Origin: an uncultured Clostridium sp.
GTDB lineage: Bacteria; Bacillota; Clostridia; TANB77; CAG-508
DNA: 64,000 bases
Assembly: GCA_964370265.1 (NCBI GenBank)
Contig: CAYJIP010000002.1
Span: 52,620-116,619, forward strand
Direction of reading: 5' to 3'
This document shows, piece after piece, positions 10,930 to 18,857 of the stretch (within the stretch, counting starts at the first letter, position 1; each line of letters begins with the position of its first letter). A model generated the notes under the pieces. It was not told the origin of the DNA. It saw nothing but the letters and a program-made list of their open reading frames with translations, and searched no databases. Position numbers and translations under genes: made by a program.

Positions 10930-11030
10930 AGTATATATTCCTCCTAAAGTTATTACTAGTATTATATACGTCAATCTTAGTCATGTCAACCGTTCTAGTT
11001 GAATTTCCAAATAATTCATAGTGAAATTGA

Positions 11031-12836
11031 TTATAAACTTAATTCTTGCCTAAACATTTGCCAAACATCATCTGATTCCATGTCTTTTTCCCATGCCGCA
11101 ACACCTGCTAGATTTTTCTCATTTATTAAACTAATTTTTGCCTTTAAAGATTCTAAATCTTCAACCCACATTTTTTTTGTATTGTTTCCTTCTGGATATT
11201 CAACATAATATTGTTTTAATTCTTCGTCCCATACTTTTTCAGCATATGACGGTATAAGTGAATCTATATTTTTCATCGTTACCGTACTATTTTTAACAAT
11301 TTCACCTTCTGGTGTTTCTGTCCAAATTCTAGTATAAAACGGTACTGCTAATATCAATTTTTCTGCATCAACACCTTCATTTGTTAAGAATTTATTCACA
11401 CTCAATTCAACCCAGTCATATCCTGCTGTTGTTCCAGCTTTATTACTACTTGCTCCATATTGATCATATGCCATAAATATTAAATAATCTGCTACATCTC
11501 CTAATGTATTTCTATCATAACATAATGACCATTCTGGTGAACCATCTGGTGCTGTAACATCTACTGATAAAACCATTCCGATTTCTTTTATTCTTGGTGT
11601 TAACTCAATTATGAATTTAGAATATAAGTCTTTATCTTCTTCTTTCATATATTCAAAATCTATATTTAATCCGTCTAAGTCATATTTCACGACTGCTTTA
11701 ATTAAATCTTCAATTAAGTTGTCTCTTTTTTCATAACTATTCATTACTTCTGATGTAACTGTTAATCCCGCTTCTGCATTAGATACCATAGGCCATACTT
11801 TATATCCATTATCATGAGCCCATTCTATATAATCTATACCTGCTTGTCCTATGTTCATATCTAAATTCCCATCATCATCTAAATAGAAGAATGATGGTGA
11901 TACTACATTCACACCTTCTATTTCTGTTCCGCTTCTATCTGGTGCCGAACCATATTCAGAAAAATAATCCCAAACTAAATTTATATTACCTTCTATTTGT
12001 TTTTCATCTTCTAGCTCTTCTCTTATTTGAATTGTATTTTCTAACTTACTATTTTTAACATATCCTATTTTTCCATCATCTGTTCTTACTTTTGTATAAC
12101 TTTCTCCTTGTGAAATAATTATTACCATTTCACCTTTATCAATTCTATCTACTGTTTTTGCAATAAAGTTTGTTGATGACTTCACTGCTGTATTTCCAGA
12201 TACTAATGCTTGATTTTGTTCTCTGTCTAAAGAATCTATTGTCATTACCATTGTTTCTTCTAAATATTCTATTTCAATGTTGTATACTTCTTTCATCTCA
12301 GATATAGGAAGATATGTTACATCATCTCTTTTCATGGCAGATGCATATATTTCTTTTGTCGAACCATTTATTTCTATTTCATTTTCTTCAAAACCTATAA
12401 CTGCCACTTTTTTATCATATGTTGTTATGATTTTATTTATATCTTCTTCTAAATATATATGTTTATCAAAAAAATTAGCTATATCTGCTGTTGACAAATA
12501 TATTATATCATCTTCTATTATAATATCATTTTTTAAATTTAATGTTATATTATTATTGTTAATAACTAAATTCGTTGTTGTATTTTTGTCTAATATTATA
12601 TAATCATTTGCAATATATGCTATTATACTTAATATTATTATTCCTAATATTCCAAGTAAGAATACTTTTAATATTATATTTTTCTTTTTATTTTCTTTTT
12701 TATCTTTTTTATCTTTTTTATTTTTTCTTTTTCCTTCTTGCATTCTTTTTCCTGATTTTTTATATTCCATATTATTAATTCTATCTATATCATTTTCTCC
12801 ATTTTGAACATTTTTAAATTCATTCATTTCATCCAT
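11031..12836 (-). CDS. membrane-anchored glycoside hydrolase family 18 protein (YaaH/YdhD-like), with SH3-like domain
   Basis: Lys-rich N-terminus plus TM, an SH3-like segment (GESYTKVRTDDGKIGYVKNSKL) and the GH18 catalytic motif DGLNIDFEYM. Confidence 0.8.
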   Translation of the reverse strand: MDEMNEFKNVQNGENDIDRINNMEYKKSGKRMQEGKRKNKKDKKDKKENKKKNIILKVFLLGILGIIILSIIAYIANDYIILDKNTTTNLVINNNNITLNLKNDIIIEDDIIYLSTADIANFFDKHIYLEEDINKIITTYDKKVAVIGFEENEIEINGSTKEIYASAMKRDDVTYLPISEMKEVYNIEIEYLEETMVMTIDSLDREQNQALVSGNTAVKSSTNFIAKTVDRIDKGEMVIIISQGESYTKVRTDDGKIGYVKNSKLENTIQIREELEDEKQIEGNINLVWDYFSEYGSAPDRSGTEIEGVNVVSPSFFYLDDDGNLDMNIGQAGIDYIEWAHDNGYKVWPMVSNAEAGLTVTSEVMNSYEKRDNLIEDLIKAVVKYDLDGLNIDFEYMKEEDKDLYSKFIIELTPRIKEIGMVLSVDVTAPDGSPEWSLCYDRNTLGDVADYLIFMAYDQYGASSNKAGTTAGYDWVELSVNKFLTNEGVDAEKLILAVPFYTRIWTETPEGEIVKNSTVTMKNIDSLIPSYAEKVWDEELKQYYVEYPEGNNTKKMWVEDLESLKAKISLINEKNLAGVAAWEKDMESDDVWQMFRQELSL

Positions 12837-12968
12837 TGTTTTTTCTCCTTTTTTAGTTATGTGACTACTATATCATATTTAATTATTTATTTAAACACTT
12901 TAATATCATTTTTTGACTTTTTTTATATTTTATGATAATAATTATTAAAACAAATTTGGGAGGTTTTT

Positions 12969-13448
12969 ATGAGTAATAGAATTAGTAAAATAAACTACTA
13001 TTTAGACATAGCTGAAACTGTTTCTCAAAGAGGTACATGTCTTAGAAATAATTATGGTAGTGTTATTGTTAAAAATGACGAAATAATCTCAACAGGATAT
13101 ACTGGTGCTCCTCGTGGTAGAAAAAATTGTACAGATATTAATGAATGTGCTAGAAAAAAACATAATACTGCTAGTGGTACAGGATATGAAGTATGTCGTT
13201 CTGTTCATTCCGAACAAAATGCGATAATAAGTGCACCAAGATCTCAAATGTTAGATTCTACACTATATTTAGTAGGTGTTAATAAAAGAACTGGAGAATA
13301 TGTAGCAGACAATGAACCATGCACCCTTTGTAAAAGAATGATTATAAATGCTGGTATCAAAAATGTAATAATGCGAGATACTAAAACAGAATATAGAACT
13401 GTTGATATAAATGAATGGATAGAACAAGATGACACTTTTTACTTTTAG
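12969..13448 (+). CDS. comEB: dCMP deaminase (ComEB family)
   Basis: Zinc-binding motifs HSEQNAI and PCTLCKRMI. SD GGGAGG upstream. Confidence 0.85.
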   Translation: MSNRISKINYYLDIAETVSQRGTCLRNNYGSVIVKNDEIISTGYTGAPRGRKNCTDINECARKKHNTASGTGYEVCRSVHSEQNAIISAPRSQMLDSTLYLVGVNKRTGEYVADNEPCTLCKRMIINAGIKNVIMRDTKTEYRTVDINEWIEQDDTFYF

Positions 13449-13493
13449 TATTATCTAATTTAATCTTTATATTACTTATACATAACAAAATTA

Positions 13494-13547
13494 AATAGAC
13501 TATATAGAAGCGGTTTAATATAAATCCTCTTTTCTATATGGTCTATT
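13494..13547. terminator. bidirectional terminator between convergent genes
   Basis: aatagactatatagaa / ttctatatggtctatt 16-bp stem (one G-T). Confidence 0.55.
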
Positions 13548-13562
13548 CTTTTATTTTTCTAA

Positions 13563-14285
13563 TTATCTTTTTAACTTTAACAATTCTTCTTTTTGCTCTT
13601 TTGTTATTCTAAATGATTCTCTAGCTTTTTGTAATGACTTATTATATGTAAAGTCATCTAACGTACAAGCTGGACTTTTTAAATACTTGATTGTAATATC
13701 ATAGAACTTTGTTAAACATGATGCTATACACCATGCAATAGCCATTTGAATATAGTATTTATCTGTTTGTATTGAATTTAAAATACTTAAATTTTGCTCA
13801 ATGTGTTTTTCATCTATATAATGTGCTATTCTCATAACAATACCAAACCTAACTTCATATTCATAATCTGATTCAACACAATTATTAATGTATTCCCACA
13901 TTTCTACAGGATGTTTTTTAGAAATCTTCAAACTTGTACAAAAAGAATCACAAACTGCCCAATTATCTATTTTAGGAATAAAGTCATTACAATATTTAAT
14001 AATTTCAGTAATTCCTTTTCCTTTGCAACTACCTATTAATATTCCGTGTAACATTGTTTCTTCAAAATATTGGTCATCTATTTCTTTTAATATATCATCT
14101 ATCTCATATTTCTTTAATATATTTTTAGCATATTCTCGTATAACAGGTATTCGTATACCTATCATTTCTCTTTTAGAATCTGGACACAAATTCTTATTAA
14201 ACTCCATATATTTTAAATCTTGTAATTTTAATAAATCACTTTTGATTTCATCTTTAATTTCATTTTCAATTATTCCTTTACACAT
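13563..14285 (-). CDS. DNA alkylation repair protein (AlkD-like HEAT-repeat family)
   Basis: Pattern LQDLKYMEFNKNLCPDSKREMIGIRIPVIREYAK ... IDNWAVCDSFC ... VRFGIVM is typical of the DNA_alkylation family. Confidence 0.65.
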   Translation of the reverse strand: MCKGIIENEIKDEIKSDLLKLQDLKYMEFNKNLCPDSKREMIGIRIPVIREYAKNILKKYEIDDILKEIDDQYFEETMLHGILIGSCKGKGITEIIKYCNDFIPKIDNWAVCDSFCTSLKISKKHPVEMWEYINNCVESDYEYEVRFGIVMRIAHYIDEKHIEQNLSILNSIQTDKYYIQMAIAWCIASCLTKFYDITIKYLKSPACTLDDFTYNKSLQKARESFRITKEQKEELLKLKR

Positions 14286-14538
14286 AGTTTTTCTCCTATT
14301 TCCAACTAACTAAAAAATATATTAATCTATATTTCTTTTCACATGATATTATATATTTTTCTTCTTTGTCAATATATAAAAAAAATATATATATAATATA
14401 TTTATAAGGAAAACATCTACAAACAATATACATATATAAGGAAAATACATATAACATTCTAATCTAATACACTCTAAAATATTTGTAAATTACTACTTTT
14501 TAATGTATACTATATGTATTGATTAAAACGAGGTGTTT

Positions 14539-15591
14539 ATGGAAAAATATTTAAATACAATAAATAATTATACCGATAATGATTTAAAATATATATCTAA
14601 TGAAATTAAAAATGGAAAATTAGCAATAATTCCTACAGATACGGTTTATGGTATTGCATGTAATGCATTAAATGAAGATTCAGTTAAAAAAGTATTTGAT
14701 ATAAAAAATAGGAGTTTATCTAACCCTATTAATTTACTTGTTTCTGATATTGATATGATTAAAAAAATAACTAAAAATATTTCTGATATTGAATATATGT
14801 TATTACAAGCTTTTTTACCAGGACCTTTTACCCTTATATTAGAAAAATCAGATATTATCCCTAATATAGTGACTGCTAATTCTAAATATGTTGGAATTAG
14901 AATTGCAGATAATGTTATTACAAATAAATTAATTGAATATGCAGGTGTTCCTTTTGCTGTTCCTAGTGCTAATTTATCTGGGAAATTAAGTGCAACTAAT
15001 GTTGAAGACATTTTATCTGATTTTGATAATATGATAGATTATATAATTGATAATGGTTCTAGTAAAATTGGTCTTGAATCAACTATTGTTAAAGTAATAG
15101 ATAATATCCCTCATATTTTACGATTAGGAGCTATAACAGAAGCGGAAATATCAGCAATTACTAATACAGTTGTTGTAGAAACTAATTCATCTCCTAGTTC
15201 TAATTTAAAGCATTATGAAATTAATACACCTTGTTTTGTATATTTTAGCGAAGAGAATGAAAAAATGATTAATTCTATTATTGAAAAATCACAACATTAT
15301 GAAAATATTACAATTATTTGTTGTATAGAAAATATGAATATGTATGAAAAGCTATTCAAACAATTAAACACTATGCACCAATATCCTAAATACAAATATA
15401 TACTTATTCCTTATGGTTCAAATATGGATATGTATTCAATATCTAAAAACTTATTTCATTCTATTAGTATTGCTGATAAGAATAACAGTGATATTCTATT
15501 AATTGAAGGTGTTTCGAGAAGCGGAATTGGTGAAACTATTATGAATAGGTTATTACAAACTTGCAATAATAACTATTTTCATATACAATAA
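14539..15591 (+). CDS. tsaC: L-threonylcarbamoyladenylate synthase (Sua5/YwlC type, with C-terminal Sua5 domain)
   Basis: IIPTDTVYGIACNA, AVPSANLSGK and ESTIVKV motifs. ATG at 14539 lies 5 nt after GAGG. Confidence 0.85.
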   Translation: MEKYLNTINNYTDNDLKYISNEIKNGKLAIIPTDTVYGIACNALNEDSVKKVFDIKNRSLSNPINLLVSDIDMIKKITKNISDIEYMLLQAFLPGPFTLILEKSDIIPNIVTANSKYVGIRIADNVITNKLIEYAGVPFAVPSANLSGKLSATNVEDILSDFDNMIDYIIDNGSSKIGLESTIVKVIDNIPHILRLGAITEAEISAITNTVVVETNSSPSSNLKHYEINTPCFVYFSEENEKMINSIIEKSQHYENITIICCIENMNMYEKLFKQLNTMHQYPKYKYILIPYGSNMDMYSISKNLFHSISIADKNNSDILLIEGVSRSGIGETIMNRLLQTCNNNYFHIQ

Positions 15592-15618
15592 AAAATATAT
15601 AAAAAAGGAGTTATTTAA

Positions 15619-16071
15619 ATGAACACAAAATTAATAGCAAAAAACAGTACAGCTTATCATAATTATACTATAGAAAATAAGATGGAAGTTGGAATTGTTT
15701 TATCTGGTACAGAAATAAAATCATTAAGAGCTGGAAAAGTAAATTTTAAAGACTCTTATGCATATATTAAAGATGGAGAAATATATATATGTGGAATGCA
15801 TATTAGTCCATATGAATTTGGGAATATATTTAACAAAGACCCTCTACGTGATAGAAAACTATTATTACACAAACAAGAGATTTTTAAATTAATAGGACTT
15901 ACTCAACAAAAAGGATACAGCCTAATTCCTATTAGCATCTATTTCAAAGGTTCTTTAGTGAAAATAGATCTTGGTATTGGTAAAGGTAAAAAACTTTATG
16001 ATAAACGTAATGACATTGCTAAAAAAGATGCACAAAGAACTATTCAAATACATTTAAAGAATAACAGATAA
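15619..16071 (+). CDS. smpB: SsrA-binding protein SmpB
   Basis: NKSAYHNY-like start, [21 protein letters not shown]. Confidence 0.9.
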   Translation: MNTKLIAKNSTAYHNYTIENKMEVGIVLSGTEIKSLRAGKVNFKDSYAYIKDGEIYICGMHISPYEFGNIFNKDPLRDRKLLLHKQEIFKLIGLTQQKGYSLIPISIYFKGSLVKIDLGIGKGKKLYDKRNDIAKKDAQRTIQIHLKNNR

Positions 16072-16117
16072 GCAAAAAAAGAATTTTAACTAAAAAAACA
16101 TATTAACTAGAAAAAGT

Positions 16118-16164
16118 AAATAACCAAATAAAATAAGCATTATGCCTGTTTTATTTGGTTATTT
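16118..16164. terminator. bidirectional terminator (smpB / DGR cassette)
   Basis: aaataaccaaataaaa / ttttatttggttattt 16-bp perfect stem. Confidence 0.7.
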
Positions 16165-16187
16165 CTACTTTTATTGAATTATTTTCT

Positions 16188-16430
16188 CTAAATTATTTCA
16201 ATTATTTCTATTTCCATATTACTATCTATTTTTCCATATATACAAATATAGGTATTTTTCTTAAAATACCTATAACAAAAATCAGATATACCATTAATAG
16301 AATATACAAAAACTATTCCATTTTCTAATTCTACCTTGAATTTACATTTAGAATATGTTTTGGATTTATTAATAACAAACCTGTATTCAATATCACTCAC
16401 TATTTTTCCTGTTAAAAATACACTATTCAT
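16188..16430 (-). CDS. small OB-fold, SSB-like protein (80 aa), last gene of the DGR cassette
   Basis: MNSVFLTGKIVSDIEYRF...CKFKVELENG..VFVYSINGISDFCYRYFKKNTYICIYGKI follows the SSB/OB N-terminal pattern (MNxVxLxGxlxxDxExR ... KKGxxvxvxG). ATG at 16430 lies 5 nt after AGAGG. The track's longer ORF (to 16592) has no SD. Confidence 0.55.
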   Translation of the reverse strand: MNSVFLTGKIVSDIEYRFVINKSKTYSKCKFKVELENGIVFVYSINGISDFCYRYFKKNTYICIYGKIDSNMEIEIIEII

Positions 16431-16624
16431 TTTAACCTCTACATTAATTAATATATTTATATTTGTAATATATTCATTTTCAATACAAGAATATATATTT
16501 CTTTTATTTACTAACATATATATTACTGATTCATTTTTACCACTTAAGGATGGAATAAATCTCTTTAATACTAATATTATCACTGTATACATTCCTTAAA
16601 ATGTATAATCTCGATTCATATTAG
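16431..16624 (-). other. non-coding region immediately 3-prime of the TR (candidate DGR RNA spacer/priming region)
   Basis: 194 nt between the TR 3-prime end and the SD-supported start of the OB-fold ORF. Assigned by analogy with the Bordetella DGR, where the region 3-prime of the TR primes cDNA synthesis. Confidence 0.3.
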
Positions 16625-16756
16625 AGTACAGACCTAAAACCTATATTGCCATTAGTATTAGTGGGATTGTTGTTGTTTCTGTATGACGCTGGATTGTTCG
16701 AACCATTGTTGTTGTAATTACCTCCACGATTAACCGCTGGATTGTTAGTGTTAGAG
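16625..16756 (-). repeat. DGR template repeat (TR)
   Basis: Gap-free 132-bp alignment to 18865..18996 (offset 2240). All 16 mismatches have T on the plus strand (A on the coding strand) in this copy. It is non-coding; read in the VR frame it is Asn(AAY)-rich. Confidence 0.95.
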
Positions 16757-16801
16757 CTTTTGATTTATCCCAAAGTAAATTAATTTATACAAACTGTATA
16801 T

Positions 16802-17827
16802 TTACATATAAAACATAGTGTTTTCCAGATTCCAAGTATCTGCTATTTTCATATACCCTAAATGTCCTGCTAAATACTTTCTTGCTTCATAACAACTTAT
16901 TTCTCCATTTTTAACTTTCATTTTTAGTTTCTTAATCTTTTTCTTTAACTTTCGTTTCCCTTTATCTCTAATCTTAAGCCTATACTCATTTATTTTGTAT
17001 CCACAAAAATTAACTCCTTGTTTTCCTTTAAATATTTGTGTCTTACTATTTAACCTCAAACCTAATTTTATATCTAAAAACTCTGTTATTTTATTTAAAA
17101 TATCTTTTGCTTGTTGTTTTGTTTTTACAATTAAAACACTATCATCCATGTATCTAGCATAATACTTGATCTTTAATTCTTCTTTAATATATTTATCTAT
17201 TTCGTTTAAATATATATTAGCAAATATTTGAGATGTATAGTTACCTATTTCAATCCCAACTTCTTTTTTTTGTATATACAATATTTGCTTTATTAACCAC
17301 ATTACTTTTTTGTCTTTTATTTTTCTTTCTAATATTTTTATTAATATTTCCTTATTTATACTATCAAAATATTTAGCTACATCCATTTTTAATATATAGT
17401 ATTCTCCATATATGTTTTTAGCTTTTTTCATCATTTTTTGTACATATTCACAAGAACTATGCATTCCTTTGTTATTAATACATGCAAATGATGAATATAT
17501 AAACTTAGGAAAATATATTGGTTTTAATATATTATCTACTAACCATCTTTGTACTATTCTATCAATATATTTTGCTTTCTCTATTTTCCTTACTTTAGGT
17601 TCTGAAATATAGAATGTTGTATATGTACCATGACAATAACTCATATCAGATAATTTTTCATATAGCCATAATATATATTCCTCTTGCTTTAAATTAAATA
17701 AGATAATATCTTTCCTATATCCTTTTCCTTTTTTACTATCATTATGTGCTTTTATTAAAAGATCATATGTTAAAACTTTATCATAAACATTTTTAATTGT
17801 TTTTGCCATAAAATTTAACCATTCCAC
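16802..17827 (-). CDS. DGR reverse transcriptase
   Basis: Carries the RT motifs, including IGNYTSQIFANIYL ([I/L]GxxxSQ, the DGR hallmark) and the YMDD box (ARYMDDSVLIV). Alternative start ATG at 17809. Overlaps the avd stop. Confidence 0.95.
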   Translation of the reverse strand: MEWLNFMAKTIKNVYDKVLTYDLLIKAHNDSKKGKGYRKDIILFNLKQEEYILWLYEKLSDMSYCHGTYTTFYISEPKVRKIEKAKYIDRIVQRWLVDNILKPIYFPKFIYSSFACINNKGMHSSCEYVQKMMKKAKNIYGEYYILKMDVAKYFDSINKEILIKILERKIKDKKVMWLIKQILYIQKKEVGIEIGNYTSQIFANIYLNEIDKYIKEELKIKYYARYMDDSVLIVKTKQQAKDILNKITEFLDIKLGLRLNSKTQIFKGKQGVNFCGYKINEYRLKIRDKGKRKLKKKIKKLKMKVKNGEISCYEARKYLAGHLGYMKIADTWNLENTMFYM

Positions 17828-18158
17828 CTAATATTTTACCTATTTCATAAATTAATCCAATAGAAACATTAAATTTCTTTTCATCTATCCATTTATTCTT
17901 TTTCATTATCCTTAAATAAATTCTTTGTACATTTAATTTACTATCAATCCTGTTTAATATTTCTAAAACAAATATATTATCTTTTTTATTAATTTTTTCT
18001 AAATACAAAACATATTCTAACATTTCATACATGGATTTTTTAAAACTATTTCCAATACTAAATTTTTCTGTTCTAGGTAATTTAATTATACATTCAATCA
18101 TATACTCTATATATTTTTCACATTTAGGTATTAATTGTAATCTTTCACTTGTTTTCAT
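17793..18158 (-). CDS. avd: DGR accessory variability determinant (Avd, four-helix-bundle family)
   Basis: 121 aa, basic, helical. PRTEKFSIGNSFKKSMYEMLEYVLY ... IGKILGGMVKF matches the Avd / 23S-rRNA-IVS-protein pattern. Overlaps both neighbouring ORFs (coupled operon). Confidence 0.85.
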   Translation of the reverse strand: MKTSERLQLIPKCEKYIEYMIECIIKLPRTEKFSIGNSFKKSMYEMLEYVLYLEKINKKDNIFVLEILNRIDSKLNVQRIYLRIMKKNKWIDEKKFNVSIGLIYEIGKILGGMVKFYGKNN

Positions 18159-18591
18159 TTTCTAGTTCTTCTTTCAATTCATCTTGTTCCCACAATTTGC
18201 CTAAAGCTTCTAAATATTTTGTTTTTTCATATATAGCTTTAGATTTACATTCCATACAATTAATATTATTTGCAGAACTTTCAATTCTTTTCCCATCTTC
18301 CTTTTCACAAATTAAATTTAATTCTTCTTTTTCTGATATATATTTATATACAATATATGAATAATCTTTTTCATTTAACATGTCTATATATTTATCTAAA
18401 GATTTAATTGGAAATCCTACTTTACATACTCCTTTAGACATACAACTTAGTTTTAATCCTATAGCTTTATTTAATTCTATTGCATCTTTATGTGTAGCAA
18501 TATAGAAAATTCCTATTCCAACTAATACTATTTTACCTTCTTGTCTATCTTGTAATAATTCCATCATTCCTGTTAATGTCATCCCACACAT
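18145..18591 (-). CDS. MutS domain-I-like small protein (DGR accessory ORF)
   Basis: GMMELLQDRQEGKIVLVGIGIFYIATHKDAIELNKAIGLKLS..CKVGFPIKSLDKYIDMLNEKDYSYIVY aligns by eye with the MutS N-terminus in this window ([74 protein letters not shown]). SD AAAGGTGGA upstream. Confidence 0.65.
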   Translation of the reverse strand: MCGMTLTGMMELLQDRQEGKIVLVGIGIFYIATHKDAIELNKAIGLKLSCMSKGVCKVGFPIKSLDKYIDMLNEKDYSYIVYKYISEKEELNLICEKEDGKRIESSANNINCMECKSKAIYEKTKYLEALGKLWEQDELKEELENENK

Positions 18592-18615
18592 CCACCTTTC
18601 GTATTTGCTTTATAT

Positions 18616-18707
18616 GGGCACCATAAGGCTTAGAAACGGCTAATGGCGCCACACCAGTGACGCCACACCAGTGGCGAAAATTGCTTTCTGGCAAAATTTC
18701 ATTTTGC
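18616..18707 (-). other. GC-rich structured element (tandem 14-bp repeat / multiple hairpins) in the target-accessory intergenic region
   Basis: 14-bp direct repeat gcgccacaccagtg/acgccacaccagtg (18646..18673). Hairpins cgccac-acca-gtggcg (18661..18676) and gcaaaat-ttc-attttgc (18691..18707). 8-bp stem 18617-24/18643-50 whose single non-Watson-Crick pair is G-U only in the minus-strand RNA. Confidence 0.45.
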
Positions 18708-18857
18708 TAAAAACCAATTTTCGAACCACTTTGTGTTTATTTAATTTTAACCTTTTTACACATGATTTAGTATTTAAAATTTCTTTATTAAAATTCAAAT
18801 TTAATATAAACTCTAATTTAAGCTTTGATATAATCACGGTTATAGCTATCAGTACTA

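Noticed and set aside
16072-16187. Looked for tmRNA (ssrA) next to smpB
   Set aside because: The region is only 116 nt, AT-rich, and fully explained by a terminator hairpin. There is no tRNA-like acceptor or tag-reading-frame features.
16431-16592. N-terminal 54 codons of track ORF 16188..16592 (start abutting the TR)
   Set aside because: No SD before the 16592 ATG and the sequence is hydrophobic/low-complexity. The internal ATG at 16430 has AGAGG at 5 nt, and the OB-fold pattern begins there. Treated as non-coding TR-flanking RNA.
16625-16645. Claiming an IMH/IMH* element at the 3-prime end of TR/VR
   Set aside because: The last 21 nt are identical in TR and VR and then diverge, as expected for an IMH. 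However, only about 4 adenines lie there and about two thirds of adenines are unchanged overall, so invariance is not statistically meaningful. The segment is also not GC-rich like the Bordetella IMH.
18640-18837. 65-aa minus-strand ORF in the VR/accessory intergenic region
   Set aside because: GTG start without SD and a Lys/Leu-rich composition typical of AT-rich noise. It spans the GC-rich hairpins, which are better explained as RNA/DNA structure.
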